Shown: positions 1-8,878 of the stretch, one piece after another
Position numbering within the stretch: position 1 is the stretch's first letter
Layout: each line of letters opens with the position of its first letter
From: an uncultured Verrucomicrobiae bacterium
GTDB lineage: Bacteria > Verrucomicrobiota > Verrucomicrobiia > Chthoniobacterales > JAFAMB01
Direction: 5' to 3'
NCBI GenBank assembly: GCA_963837955.1
Contig: CAWIPH010000002.1
Location: 3,069,175 to 3,133,174 of the forward strand
Length of the DNA stretch: 64,000 bases
Notes under the pieces: model-generated
Told to the model about the DNA's origin: nothing
Seen by the model: only the letters and a program-made list of their open reading frames with translations
The model's database searches: none
Made by a program: the position numbers and the translations under genes

Positions 1-35
1 TCCTCTCGTATGCGGCTTCACCAGCGTAAGCAACC

Positions 36-212
36 GTCGATCGTCCCGTCCGGGACGGCCCGTTTTTTGAACTATTTCCCAGCACTTCGTACTGGGCTAC
101 TTTCACCCGGTCCCTGCGGGACCAATCCTTTTCGCATACCTCTAAGCGCTATGTTGGCGCACGCGCTGCCGCGGGACTGGGGTTACTTTCGCGATTCCCC
201 TGTCGGGACGGG
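36..212. repeat. REP/REPIN-like palindromic repeat, family A (GTCCC..GGGAC hairpins plus CCCAGCACTTCGTACTGGGCTACTTTC)
   Basis: Short hairpins and the TACTGGGCTACTTTC motif at 90-104; the same family recurs at 6226-6252/7868-8000, 23776-24000 and 53630-53972. Confidence 0.8.
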
Positions 213-225
213 ACCATCGTCGCCG

Positions 226-807
226 TCACCGACCGCGGCTTACGGTGATGTGCGGTTCCTTTAAATAAATCGGCTCGCCGAGCGGGGAATAGCAACTTTC
301 CCTACCTAAAAGAAATCGGGCTGCAGGAGCTTTCACTTCGATTTGCGGTAACTCGGCGATTGGTCCGACAGCAAAAAGCGGAGTTCCAAGCCCATCGCCG
401 AGCAGATTGGGTAGGCTGGCCTTTGGTAACAATTGCGGCCCCTCCGCGATCAACCCATTCGCAACCCGAGCGAAGAAAAACGACCCCCGTCGCGCATCGC
501 CTATTACTGCGTAGTCAGTTTCAGGAAATCCAAGGATCGAGGGACAGCCAAATCTCTTGCATCCGGTCGCGAGACTTAACCCAAACGCCGTCGCCACACT
601 TACGCGTAAACCGGTATACGAACCCGGTCCAATACCAACCACTACTTCGTCAAGTTGATCGATTAGATCGATCACGTTAGCCACTTCGGCCGCCAACTCC
701 CCGGCACCCTGAAATCTACTTTCGCGGACTATCGCGCCATCGATTGCTAGCACCAGACTGCCTGGAGCTGCCGAATTTTCGATCACTAATTTCGTGCACC
801 GTTTCAT
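226..807 (-). CDS. tsaB: tRNA t6A biosynthesis protein TsaB
   Basis: GIGPGSYTGLRV and DARRG motifs; adjacent to tsaE. Confidence 0.9.
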   Translation of the reverse strand: MKRCTKLVIENSAAPGSLVLAIDGAIVRESRFQGAGELAAEVANVIDLIDQLDEVVVGIGPGSYTGLRVSVATAFGLSLATGCKRFGCPSILGFPETDYAVIGDARRGSFFFARVANGLIAEGPQLLPKASLPNLLGDGLGTPLFAVGPIAELPQIEVKAPAARFLLGRESCYSPLGEPIYLKEPHITVSRGR

Positions 808-865
808 AAGAGTCTGCCAAGCGGTTGCCGGCGCCGTGGTAGATTCCTATGAAACGGCATACTAG

Positions 866-1273
866 TCACCAGACAATCACCCTCTCGTTTGCAGAACTTA
901 TTTGAATTTTTACCCAGACCGCATCGGCAGGCAGCCGACTTGGGAACTTGTCCGCCCACTCGATTGCGCAGATCCCGGGCTCCCGGAGATAGTCGTCAAA
1001 CCCGATCTCATCCAACTCTTTCTCGTTCTCCAACCGATAAAAGTCCATGTGGAACAATGGCAATCGAGCATTCCGATACTCATGCACCAAGCTGAACGTC
1101 GGGCTGGTCACTGAATCTGTAATGCCCAGGCCCTCGGCCATTCCTTTGACAAACTCGGTTTTGCCCGCGCCCAAATCTCCCGACAAGCCGACCACCGCGT
1201 TTTCGGGAAGTGCAAGACCGAGTTCCCGTCCAAGCGCTCGAGTCTCTTCTGGCCCATGGGCGAATCGCTTCAT
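866..1273 (-). CDS. tsaE: tRNA t6A ATPase TsaE
   Basis: GDLGAGKT P-loop, VTSPTF, HMDFYRL and IEWAD motifs; start placed at MKRFAHG, overlapping the thiL stop. Confidence 0.92.
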   Translation of the reverse strand: MKRFAHGPEETRALGRELGLALPENAVVGLSGDLGAGKTEFVKGMAEGLGITDSVTSPTFSLVHEYRNARLPLFHMDFYRLENEKELDEIGFDDYLREPGICAIEWADKFPSRLPADAVWVKIQISSANERVIVW

Positions 1274-2232
1274 TTTTTCTTCGCGGCTCGAAAATGATCG
1301 AACCCGGAAACGCTGAGTTGATCGGATCCGGAAACACCGAATTTCTGCGTGCTCAGCTCCGTGAGCCACCCGATCTGAGTCAACGGCAGCTCCGGAAACT
1401 TCTTGGTCCAGCGTTCCTCCAGTGCTGCGCCTGTTCCTTCAGACACGGCAAAGAGGAGCTCATAGTCTTCTCCGTCTGCGATCGCCTGCTCACTCGAACA
1501 TCCTTTGTTCAGAGGTAACCGTTCTCGATCAATCTCGAACCCGGCGCCACTTGCCTTCGCCAGTCTTGGCAAATCGCTCCCCAATCCGTCACTGAGATCT
1601 ATCATTGCATTGATCGGAAAATGGTCCGCCAACCACATGGCTTCGGTTAATCTTGGCTCAAAGCGGAGGTGCTTCCCGCGGATCGATCCCCCCAAGCGGC
1701 CGGTCACATAAAGCAGGTCGCCTGGTTTGCCGCCCGATCGTAGCAACGCACGACGCTTTTCGACGATCCCGGTCAACGCCACCGAAATGAATGCCGGCCC
1801 GGGTGAACGCGAGGTTTCACCACCTACGAGGTTCACCTCGTAGCGCGAAGCGGCTTTCCGCAGGCCTGAATAGACACCGAGCAGCCAGCGTACTCGCACC
1901 TGAGGATCAACGGCAATTGTTACCAGCGCATCCATCGGTTTACCGCCCATCGCAGCTACGTCGCTGATTGTCCGGCAAAGCGCTTTCCAACCAATCCAGA
2001 CCGCCGGCGACTCCTTCAGAAAATGAACACCTTCCACTAGGCAGTCAGTCTTCAATAGTTGCCACCGCTTCCCGAACTTCACCACAGCGCAGTCATCTCC
2101 GGGACCCATCTTAACCCGTGAGTTCAGCTTTAAATTTTTGGTCAGCTCAGCGACCAAAATATCCTCACCAATGGCAGCCAGCTCAGCATCTCGCATTCCG
2201 CGCGGTGGTCGTTGTCGGCTCGCCTCCTTCAT
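1270..2232 (-). CDS. thiL: thiamine-monophosphate kinase
   Basis: GDDCAV, EGVHF, SDVAAMGG, DLSDGL and GEDYELLF motifs. Confidence 0.93.
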   Translation of the reverse strand: MKEASRQRPPRGMRDAELAAIGEDILVAELTKNLKLNSRVKMGPGDDCAVVKFGKRWQLLKTDCLVEGVHFLKESPAVWIGWKALCRTISDVAAMGGKPMDALVTIAVDPQVRVRWLLGVYSGLRKAASRYEVNLVGGETSRSPGPAFISVALTGIVEKRRALLRSGGKPGDLLYVTGRLGGSIRGKHLRFEPRLTEAMWLADHFPINAMIDLSDGLGSDLPRLAKASGAGFEIDRERLPLNKGCSSEQAIADGEDYELLFAVSEGTGAALEERWTKKFPELPLTQIGWLTELSTQKFGVSGSDQLSVSGFDHFRAAKKK

Positions 2233-3029
2233 TTCGTTTGGAAGGCGATCGCTACCAGGTTCAGAGTGTTGAATAGCGCATGCATTGTCATGGGCACCAA
2301 TAGGCTACCTGTCGCCTCATACGATACCGTGAACAAGCAACTGAGGAGGAAGAGCGGAAACAAGGTCGGAATATTTAAATGCACAATGGCAAAAAGTACT
2401 CCGGTAAACACCAGGGCGGGCAGCGCCCCGAAGTAGCGTCGCATGACTCCGTAAAGATAGCCGCGAAAGGCCAGTTCTTCCGCAACCGGAGCAATCACCA
2501 CCGCCAGCAGAATAATGGGAAGGCGTTGACCGATACTGCTCGAGCGTTCGAACACCTTGATGATCTCCTGCACATCGGTCGTCGGGTCAGTGTGCAGAAA
2601 ATACGATGCCAAATAACTCGCCACGAGAATCAGAGGCAATGCACAAACAAGCAGAGAAATACCCCAGAGGATTGATTTCCGAAGAGGCAATTGATCTAAC
2701 CCGAACACCGCGGAGATCCGGAATCCACGGAGCCGGAGCGAAAGCAGGATAGTGCCAAGAATCAATCCCCAGAAATAAAGCGCGCTTAGGAGAAGGCTTC
2801 GCGTGTCGATTTCCGCCGGCAAAGATCCGCGACTCGACTCAACGTTAGCGAAGAGTTGGCTAATTACGATAACTATGAGTCCGCCAGCAAAAAGCGCGTC
2901 GAGCAACGAGTAGGCTCCAATAAACACTTTGCCTCCAGCATGGGCATAAACCCGCCAGAACAGGCGCCCATAGACTCCCAGCGCGACGGGAATCAACAAC
3001 AGCACCAGCACAGATAAAACAAGGTCCAT
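2229..3029 (-). CDS. CPBP (CAAX/Abi) family intramembrane metalloprotease
   Basis: EELAFRG, FAIVH and HALFN motifs; multiple hydrophobic segments. Confidence 0.88.
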   Translation of the reverse strand: MDLVLSVLVLLLIPVALGVYGRLFWRVYAHAGGKVFIGAYSLLDALFAGGLIVIVISQLFANVESSRGSLPAEIDTRSLLLSALYFWGLILGTILLSLRLRGFRISAVFGLDQLPLRKSILWGISLLVCALPLILVASYLASYFLHTDPTTDVQEIIKVFERSSSIGQRLPIILLAVVIAPVAEELAFRGYLYGVMRRYFGALPALVFTGVLFAIVHLNIPTLFPLFLLSCLFTVSYEATGSLLVPMTMHALFNTLNLVAIAFQTK

Positions 3030-3209
3030 TCGAAACTAGAAGAGTTGATACTACACTGGATTAGCCTTCGGTCTACCGATCGACCGGTCCTGGCGAAATC
3101 CAGTGGTAGCGGACTTGCAATCAAAGTATTCTGACCGCCCACGCTCAGGTGCCGTTGCTTCGGCGCCCGTTCTGCGTGATCTCCGAGCCCTTCTGTGTCA
3201 AACAATGGT

Positions 3210-3662
3210 ATGCGCGTACTCCTTCAGCGGGTCCTGAGTGCATTGGTCGAGATCGAGGGCCGATGTGTCAGCCAAATCGGTCAGGGTCTGCTACTGTTCG
3301 TAGGAATTGAAGCAACCGATACGACAGAAGACCTCAATTGGTTAACCGGCAAAGTTCTTCGTTTGCGGATATTTGCCGATGAAAACGGCGCAATGAATCG
3401 ATCGGTCCAGGATGTTGGCGGAGCGTTGCTGGTCGTTAGCCAATTTACTTTGTACGCCAGCACCAAAAAAGGAAATCGCCCCTCCTTCATCAAAGCCGCG
3501 CCTCCCAATACTGCAGAACAGATCTTTAACGAATTCTGCGCACGGCTCTCGATGGAAATGGATCGGCCGGTCGCGCGCGGCGTCTTTGGAGCACACATGA
3601 CCGTCAGTCTAGTCAACGATGGTCCGGTCACCATTTGGATCGATTCCAAGCAACGAGAGTGA
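3210..3662 (+). CDS. dtd: D-aminoacyl-tRNA deacylase
   Basis: MRVLLQRV start; SQFTL, KGNRPSF and NDGPVT motifs. Confidence 0.95.
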   Translation: MRVLLQRVLSALVEIEGRCVSQIGQGLLLFVGIEATDTTEDLNWLTGKVLRLRIFADENGAMNRSVQDVGGALLVVSQFTLYASTKKGNRPSFIKAAPPNTAEQIFNEFCARLSMEMDRPVARGVFGAHMTVSLVNDGPVTIWIDSKQRE

Positions 3663-3718
3663 CCGATTCACCCAGACGAGCGCTAAGAGGAAACTGCCAA
3701 TCACTACGCCGATCGGCT

Positions 3719-4056
3719 GTCTTCAGCGGCGAAGCCGCGACTCAGGATAGCCTAGCCTGCAGGGCTAGGAATAGGCATATTTAAGATGGGCCAGCGCTGA
3801 AAGCGCGGCTCAATTGAAATAGCAGCGATACCGGCCTTTTGACGATGGTCGTACAAAGATATGACGCTCGCGGATTCGGTGTTTGCCACGCGCCTTCAGC
3901 GCTAGGACCGCTCTTTTGATTTTGTTCCTAGGGCTTCGCCCTCTAGGCTATCTTGAAACGCGGCTTCGCCGCTGAAGACCCGCGCTCCTCAATTTTGATC
4001 AAGCGAAGTCCGAAACCCTACAGGCTAGGCTATCCTGAATCACGGCTTCGCCGCTC
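3719..4056. repeat. REPIN-like inverted repeat element, family B
   Basis: CTTCAGCGGCGAAGCCGCGACTCAGGATAGCCTAG at ~3721 is inverted against CTAGGCTATCTTGAAACGCGGCTTCGCCGCTGAAG at ~3943, with a further copy at ~4025-4056. Confidence 0.8.
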
Positions 4057-4142
4057 ATCGGAGCGCGCTATGGCGGGACAGGTTGGCGCTCCGATTGCTT
4101 ACCGACTAGCGATTAACGCCCAGTGCTCCTAGATTCTGCCCA

Positions 4143-4928
4143 ATGGACTCCGCCTCGGCTTTAGAAGAATTTCTGCGTCCGCCTCCGCCACTGCGCCATC
4201 TGAAGCGCGAGACAGAGGTTTTGGCGATGGCTAATCACGCCGAGGTCACCTTGCGACCGGGAACGGAAAACCCGGAAGAACGCATTACCTACTACCGTTG
4301 GGGATCGCCAGGTCGAAGGGTGCTCCTCGTTCATGGCTGGGGCGGGAAAGCCGCTCAGTTTTTCGCCCTCATTCCAGGGCTGGTCGACGCGGGCTTTGAG
4401 GTCGTCGCCTTTGACGCTCCGGCGCACGGCGCTTCTTCGGGTTCATTTGCGAGCGGTCCGGCATTCGCCCGAGCGGCCAGGATGATGGCGGAAGTGAACG
4501 GTCCGTTTCATGGAATCGTTGCTCATTCGCTGGGTGCGGCCGGAAGCGCGATAGCCCTGGCTCAGGGTCTCACCGCTGAGCGGGTCGTTTTCCTGGCTCC
4601 GGCTGCTCTTATCGAAGCTTTGCTAGAAGAATTCATCCGCTTGCGGGAAATCGCAGAACCGCTTGCCACTGAGCTGAGGCAGAAATTCGCGGCCCGGTAT
4701 TTGGCGGAAGTCGTTTCGGTTCCACTCATGGCCAAGAACTTTGATATCCCCCTCGTTGTCTATCACGATCCGGCGGACCGTGATCTTCCCTTCTCGCATG
4801 GAGAAGCGATTGGGGCGGCGTGGCCAGGTGCCGAATTAATAGCGACTCCTGGAGCCGGGCATTGGAGGATTATGCGAGATCGATCTGTGATTGAGCGAAC
4901 GATTGCCTTTCTAACAGCTTCCGATTAA
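4143..4928 (+). CDS. alpha/beta fold hydrolase
   Basis: HGWGG, FDAPAHG and AHSLG nucleophile elbow; C-terminal GH. Confidence 0.88.
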   Translation: MDSASALEEFLRPPPPLRHLKRETEVLAMANHAEVTLRPGTENPEERITYYRWGSPGRRVLLVHGWGGKAAQFFALIPGLVDAGFEVVAFDAPAHGASSGSFASGPAFARAARMMAEVNGPFHGIVAHSLGAAGSAIALAQGLTAERVVFLAPAALIEALLEEFIRLREIAEPLATELRQKFAARYLAEVVSVPLMAKNFDIPLVVYHDPADRDLPFSHGEAIGAAWPGAELIATPGAGHWRIMRDRSVIERTIAFLTASD

Positions 4929-5060
4929 CCGTTGCTGCTCTACCTTGACCAAGCATGGTACAAATACCGCCTGGTTCGTTCCATCGTGCAAAGTCCGATG
5001 CCCTGCTAGGCTATTCTGGCGCGCTTTCCTTCTTCGGCGAAACAGGTCGTCACTTCGTGA

Positions 5061-6095
5061 TTAGTGATCTTTGCCTACGGCTAGCTCCATTGTCCCTTTG
5101 AATTTGGGCGCTTCTTCCTCGACGCCAAAATTGGCAGTGTACAACGATTGGATCCGGTCCATCTCGTCCTTAGTCAGCGCCGGAGTATCGGGTGCCGAAG
5201 CAAATTCGACGAGCTGCTGTTCGTCGTAGATGTTGGGCAACGTAGAGGCAATCCTCTCGTCCTTCAGGAGCCACTGAAGCGCTGCTTGTCCCAGAGTTCG
5301 ATCCGGACCCTCCAAAAATCGCAGTTCCTCGACTTTCTTGACGCCATTCAGCAACCAACTTCGCGGACGGTGATTCCGATGATCGTTCGGTGGAAACTGA
5401 GTGTCCGCAGTGTAATGCCCTTCCAACATCCCAGACGAATGGGTTACGCGGATCAGGAACATAGTGTCGCGACTCGCTTCCGCGGCGGCTTCCTGGATCG
5501 CTTTTCCCGGGTGCTGTTCTAAAAGGTTATAGATATGTTGCAGGCTGGTCAGATTCCTCCGCTGGACACAATGCACGCCTTCGTATAGCCAGCCGATCGC
5601 GGGTCCAAGGGCCACGCCGAAATAACGGATCTTTCCCTCCGCCTGGAGTTCCGCCAACGTTTCCCAGACCGAGTCGTCGTCGACCTGGTCCATCCGAATA
5701 TTGTGCAGTTGCAGGAGGTCTATTCGATCGGTCCGCAGTCGGGTCAACGCCGCATCGGTCGCTCTTCGGATCGCCTCAGGCGAAAAGTCTTGCGGGATCT
5801 CGCGCTGACCCCTCCGCTCATTTCCATAATTTACAAAGTCGTACCCGATCTTGGTCGCCACCACGATTTGATCGCGTCGATCTCGGAACGCTTCGGCAAT
5901 CAGATCCTCGCTCAATCCGTTCCCGTAGGTATCAGCCGCATCGAATAACGTGATGCCGAGATCAAATGCCCGGTGCATAAGTGCCGTCGCCTCGGATTTG
6001 GAAAAATTGCCCCACCAACCGGTCGAGATAGTCCAGAGACCGAAACCGACTTCGCTAACGGTGAGATCGGTATTGCGATAAGTGCGATATTTCAT
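5061..6095 (-). CDS. aldo/keto reductase
   Basis: FDAADTYG, VATKIG, IDLLQLH and GKIRYFGV motifs. Confidence 0.92.
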   Translation of the reverse strand: MKYRTYRNTDLTVSEVGFGLWTISTGWWGNFSKSEATALMHRAFDLGITLFDAADTYGNGLSEDLIAEAFRDRRDQIVVATKIGYDFVNYGNERRGQREIPQDFSPEAIRRATDAALTRLRTDRIDLLQLHNIRMDQVDDDSVWETLAELQAEGKIRYFGVALGPAIGWLYEGVHCVQRRNLTSLQHIYNLLEQHPGKAIQEAAAEASRDTMFLIRVTHSSGMLEGHYTADTQFPPNDHRNHRPRSWLLNGVKKVEELRFLEGPDRTLGQAALQWLLKDERIASTLPNIYDEQQLVEFASAPDTPALTKDEMDRIQSLYTANFGVEEEAPKFKGTMELAVGKDH

Positions 6096-6302
6096 GACGC
6101 AAACGGCATTATTGTGTGGATCGACCCTTACTGCAACCGGGTGGATTTGCGGAGGTCACGGATTGGTAGCCTGCGGGCCGCGCATTTGCGTCAACACAAG
6201 AGGTTGGATATGCGCCGAGAAGACTCGTCCCGGAGGGACTCAATGAAAGTAGATGACATGAGCCGACAGCTAACAGCACCCGCTGCTAAACTGTCGGCTC
6301 TT

Positions 6303-7415
6303 ATGAATAAATATAACCAGAAAATATTGAGCAGTGGCGGCAACGAAGCAAGTGTGATGCAGCATGGCAATCGGGTCCTGAAGTTGGGACTGGATATGCA
6401 CTATCGGCAGGTGACGGTGGCGATGCAGGAGGATGGAGGCCGGATCAAGGCTGTGGGCAAGATGAGTCATCAGGCTTTTGGGAGTTGGGTGAACAAGAAG
6501 TTGGCTCAAGGCTGGCAGATTGAGAGCTGTTACGAAGCCGGAGCCAGCGGTTACTGGCTACATCGGCAGCTGGTAGAGCTGGGAGTCAAGAACCTGGTGG
6601 TTGTGCCCAAGGCGATGGGAAAGAGAGGCAAGCAGCAAAAGACCGATCGGCGCGATAGCGCAGAGTTGGTCGATTCGCTGGATCGTTATCTCAGAGGCCA
6701 GGATAAAGCCTTGAGTGTGGTGGCCGTACCCAGTGTTGAACAGGAACAGAAGCGAGCGCTGATCCGCTACCATCGCCAGATCATGGCCGATCGAGGACGC
6801 TCTGAGGCCCGAGGTAAAGGCTTACTGTGTGCCCAAGGGCTCGAAGTCGGAGGCCGCTGGTGGCAGGGCAAAGGGTGGAGAGAACTCAACTCTGATCCCC
6901 GGCTCAAAGAGTGGATCAAAGAGCAGCTAGAAGGCTGGCGCCAGAAGGTATTAAGCGCTGAGGAGCAGCAAAAAGGCTTGCGGCGACGGATCGAAGCGCT
7001 GGCTCCGGCGATCCTGCCCAAAGGAGTGGGCGCCTACAGCGCGGCGGTGTTGGAATACGAGATGAAGGGTTGGAGGCGATTTAACAATCGGCGCCAGGTG
7101 GCTAGCTATACGGGTTTATGTCCCGGCATCCATCTCAGTGATGGCCGAGGCAAAGAGGGGTCCATCAACCGTTGTGGCAATCGGATCGTGCGCTGGAGCT
7201 TGGTGGAGATGGTCTGGCGGCTGATGATCTGGCAGCCCCACTATGGGCCGGTGCGTCAGCTGGCGGCTGGCATAGTCAAAAGCAAGCGCGCCAAGAGACG
7301 CTTGGTAGTCAAAGCGGCCCGGCGTTTAGCCATTGATTTATGGCGTTTATCAAGCGGACAAACCACGGCCGAAAAACTGGGTTTAGTCCTGCAGACCAAT
7401 AGGCAGAGCCTCTGA
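6303..7415 (+). CDS. IS110-family DEDD recombinase/transposase
   Basis: LGLDMH, CYEAG and KTDRRDS (D-E-D-D) plus YTGLCPGIHLSDG with the conserved Ser; the start could be 6303 or 6357. Confidence 0.92.
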   Translation: MNKYNQKILSSGGNEASVMQHGNRVLKLGLDMHYRQVTVAMQEDGGRIKAVGKMSHQAFGSWVNKKLAQGWQIESCYEAGASGYWLHRQLVELGVKNLVVVPKAMGKRGKQQKTDRRDSAELVDSLDRYLRGQDKALSVVAVPSVEQEQKRALIRYHRQIMADRGRSEARGKGLLCAQGLEVGGRWWQGKGWRELNSDPRLKEWIKEQLEGWRQKVLSAEEQQKGLRRRIEALAPAILPKGVGAYSAAVLEYEMKGWRRFNNRRQVASYTGLCPGIHLSDGRGKEGSINRCGNRIVRWSLVEMVWRLMIWQPHYGPVRQLAAGIVKSKRAKRRLVVKAARRLAIDLWRLSSGQTTAEKLGLVLQTNRQSL

Positions 7416-7459
7416 GGAGGCTCTCCAGCATCAAATCTGTGACTCTCTAGAGTGACTCT

Positions 7460-7640
7460 TTTGGCAGCAACGGCGCGCGTCTGATACTGGGCTTGGGCTA
7501 AAACCCGAAACGTAGATGAGGCCGCTCGTTGCTGTCCTTTTTCTTTGCTTAATTGCATAAATCACCGTGTTAGGAAGCTCCCCTTCCAACCGATAGAAGC
7601 TTAAACCGAGCAATCAATAGAAGCTCGCGTTGGGACAGCA
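7460..7640 (+). ncRNA. putative bridge/seek RNA of the IS110 element (boundaries approximate)
   Basis: Stem 7464-7472/7527-7535 encloses TACTGGGCT (7485-7493) and GTAG (7512-7515), which match the target; ATAGAAG (7593-7599) matches the donor junction. Confidence 0.7.
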
Positions 7641-7867
7641 AACGTTGGTCAGAGGCCAAAAAGAGCAACAAGAGAGCCGCTAAAAACAGCAAGAGATCTA
7701 GCGCTAATCGAAAAAGTCTCAGCCTCCATGATCCGAGCCTGGTAGCGCCGGTTGCAAGCTCAAAGCCGGTCCACAGGTGGCTTGTTGTCCGATCCCGGCT
7801 AAAACTAATCCAAACCTTCAAGAAACCTTCTTTTGGCGCTGGGTCTTGACAAACTGGGCTTCATAGA

Positions 7868-8000
7868 AGCCCAGTACGAAGTGCTGGGAAATGGCCCAAA
7901 GAGGCGTCCGTCCCGGAGGGACGAACGAACCGTTGCCCTTCGCCTCCAACGCAACTTCGCGAGCGCAGACGGTGGATCGATCGTCCCTTCCGGGACGGAC
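7868..8000. repeat. remainder of the family-A REPIN interrupted by the IS110 element
   Basis: AGCCCAGTACGAAGTGCTGGG followed by GTCCCGGAGGGACG and GTCCCTTCCGGGACG hairpins. Confidence 0.75.
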
Positions 8001-8170
8001 ACGTCTTTTTAACCTTCCCCCGGGAAAGGCGTTCCAAACGTTGCGCCCTCAAAGCGGCGCTAGAATAGATGCTCGCATTGGATTCTCGGCTGCGACATCG
8101 GATCCTCGTGCCCCTCCAGGGCATACCGTGTTAATACTAAACCCGGGGTTAAAACCCCGGGCTGAGTCCT

Positions 8171-8675
8171 TGTGTGTTTCGAGTCTGGGTAACACATTTG
8201 TGTCACTATTGAGGTGACACTTTGTGTCATAATTTGGGTGACACTTGTGAGCAGAGAGAGCGCACTTTGGTGGGCAGGCGGAAATTCCCAAGAACAACGC
8301 TTAGACTGCTTTGTGCGGTGCTCAGGATGGAGCGTGCAACGTTTTGCGGTTCATTGGAGGGAGCGAGGAACGAGCGAACGAAGATCGAACGCAAAATGTG
8401 GTTAACTCCTGGCGCGAAGCGGCTCCAGATCAAGCTCGAAACGGAATAAATGGAGGGGACCTGCCGCAGGCAGGGAGGAGGCCGTTTATGCCGGATTTGA
8501 GCTTGATCTGGAGTGGCGCCGCGCCCGCCAGTGATAGCGTACCAAGAGCCTCCAAGCCCAGAAGCAGAACTCCAGGCTCTGTTACCTTTTCTCTGACACA
8601 CCCCGAGGCTTTTTTACCTTCCAAGTGTCACCCAATTAGTGACACAAAAGTGTCACCCAAATATGAAACCGGACC
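8171..8675 (-). mobile_element. non-autonomous (MITE-like) derivative of the IS481-family element at 59205-60665
   Basis: Both ends are near-identical, in inverted orientation, to the IS481 ends (GTGTCACC/GGTGACAC arrays); flanked by TCCT at 8167-8170 and 8676-8679; no transposase. Confidence 0.88.
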
Positions 8676-8878
8676 TCCTCTTCCCCCTTCGGGGGACTGT
8701 CGCAAAGGAGCGGGCATTCAAAATAGCGGGAAACGCCGCTACCAATCGTTGGCTCTCTTCCTGCTCATTTCCGCCTCGCAAATTTTCCGACTTGCTTGTT
8801 TAAGGATCAGTGAGTGATGTAGCCCATTCGAACGCCGTGTGTGGCGGGGAACCGGAGAAAACACTAGGAGACACAGCT

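Larger units (their letters stand above)
6251..7869 (+). mobile_element. IS110-family element (long downstream non-coding region, IS1111-like layout) inserted in a family-A REP at an AG/CT core
   Basis: Left flank CAATGAAAGT-AG and right flank AG-CCCAGTACGAAGTGCTGGG rejoin into the REP seen intact elsewhere; outward TTGACA at 7846-7851 near the right end. Confidence 0.85.

Noticed and set aside
5973-6302. N-terminal extension of the 480-aa IS110 ORF
   Set aside because: It overlaps the aldo/keto reductase gene and crosses the element's left boundary, so the real start must lie inside the element.
8171-8250. GTGACAC/GTGTCAC periodic repeats as a mini CRISPR array (also 59220-59260 and 60590-60650)
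   Set aside because: No unique spacers and no cas genes; they are transposon end boxes.
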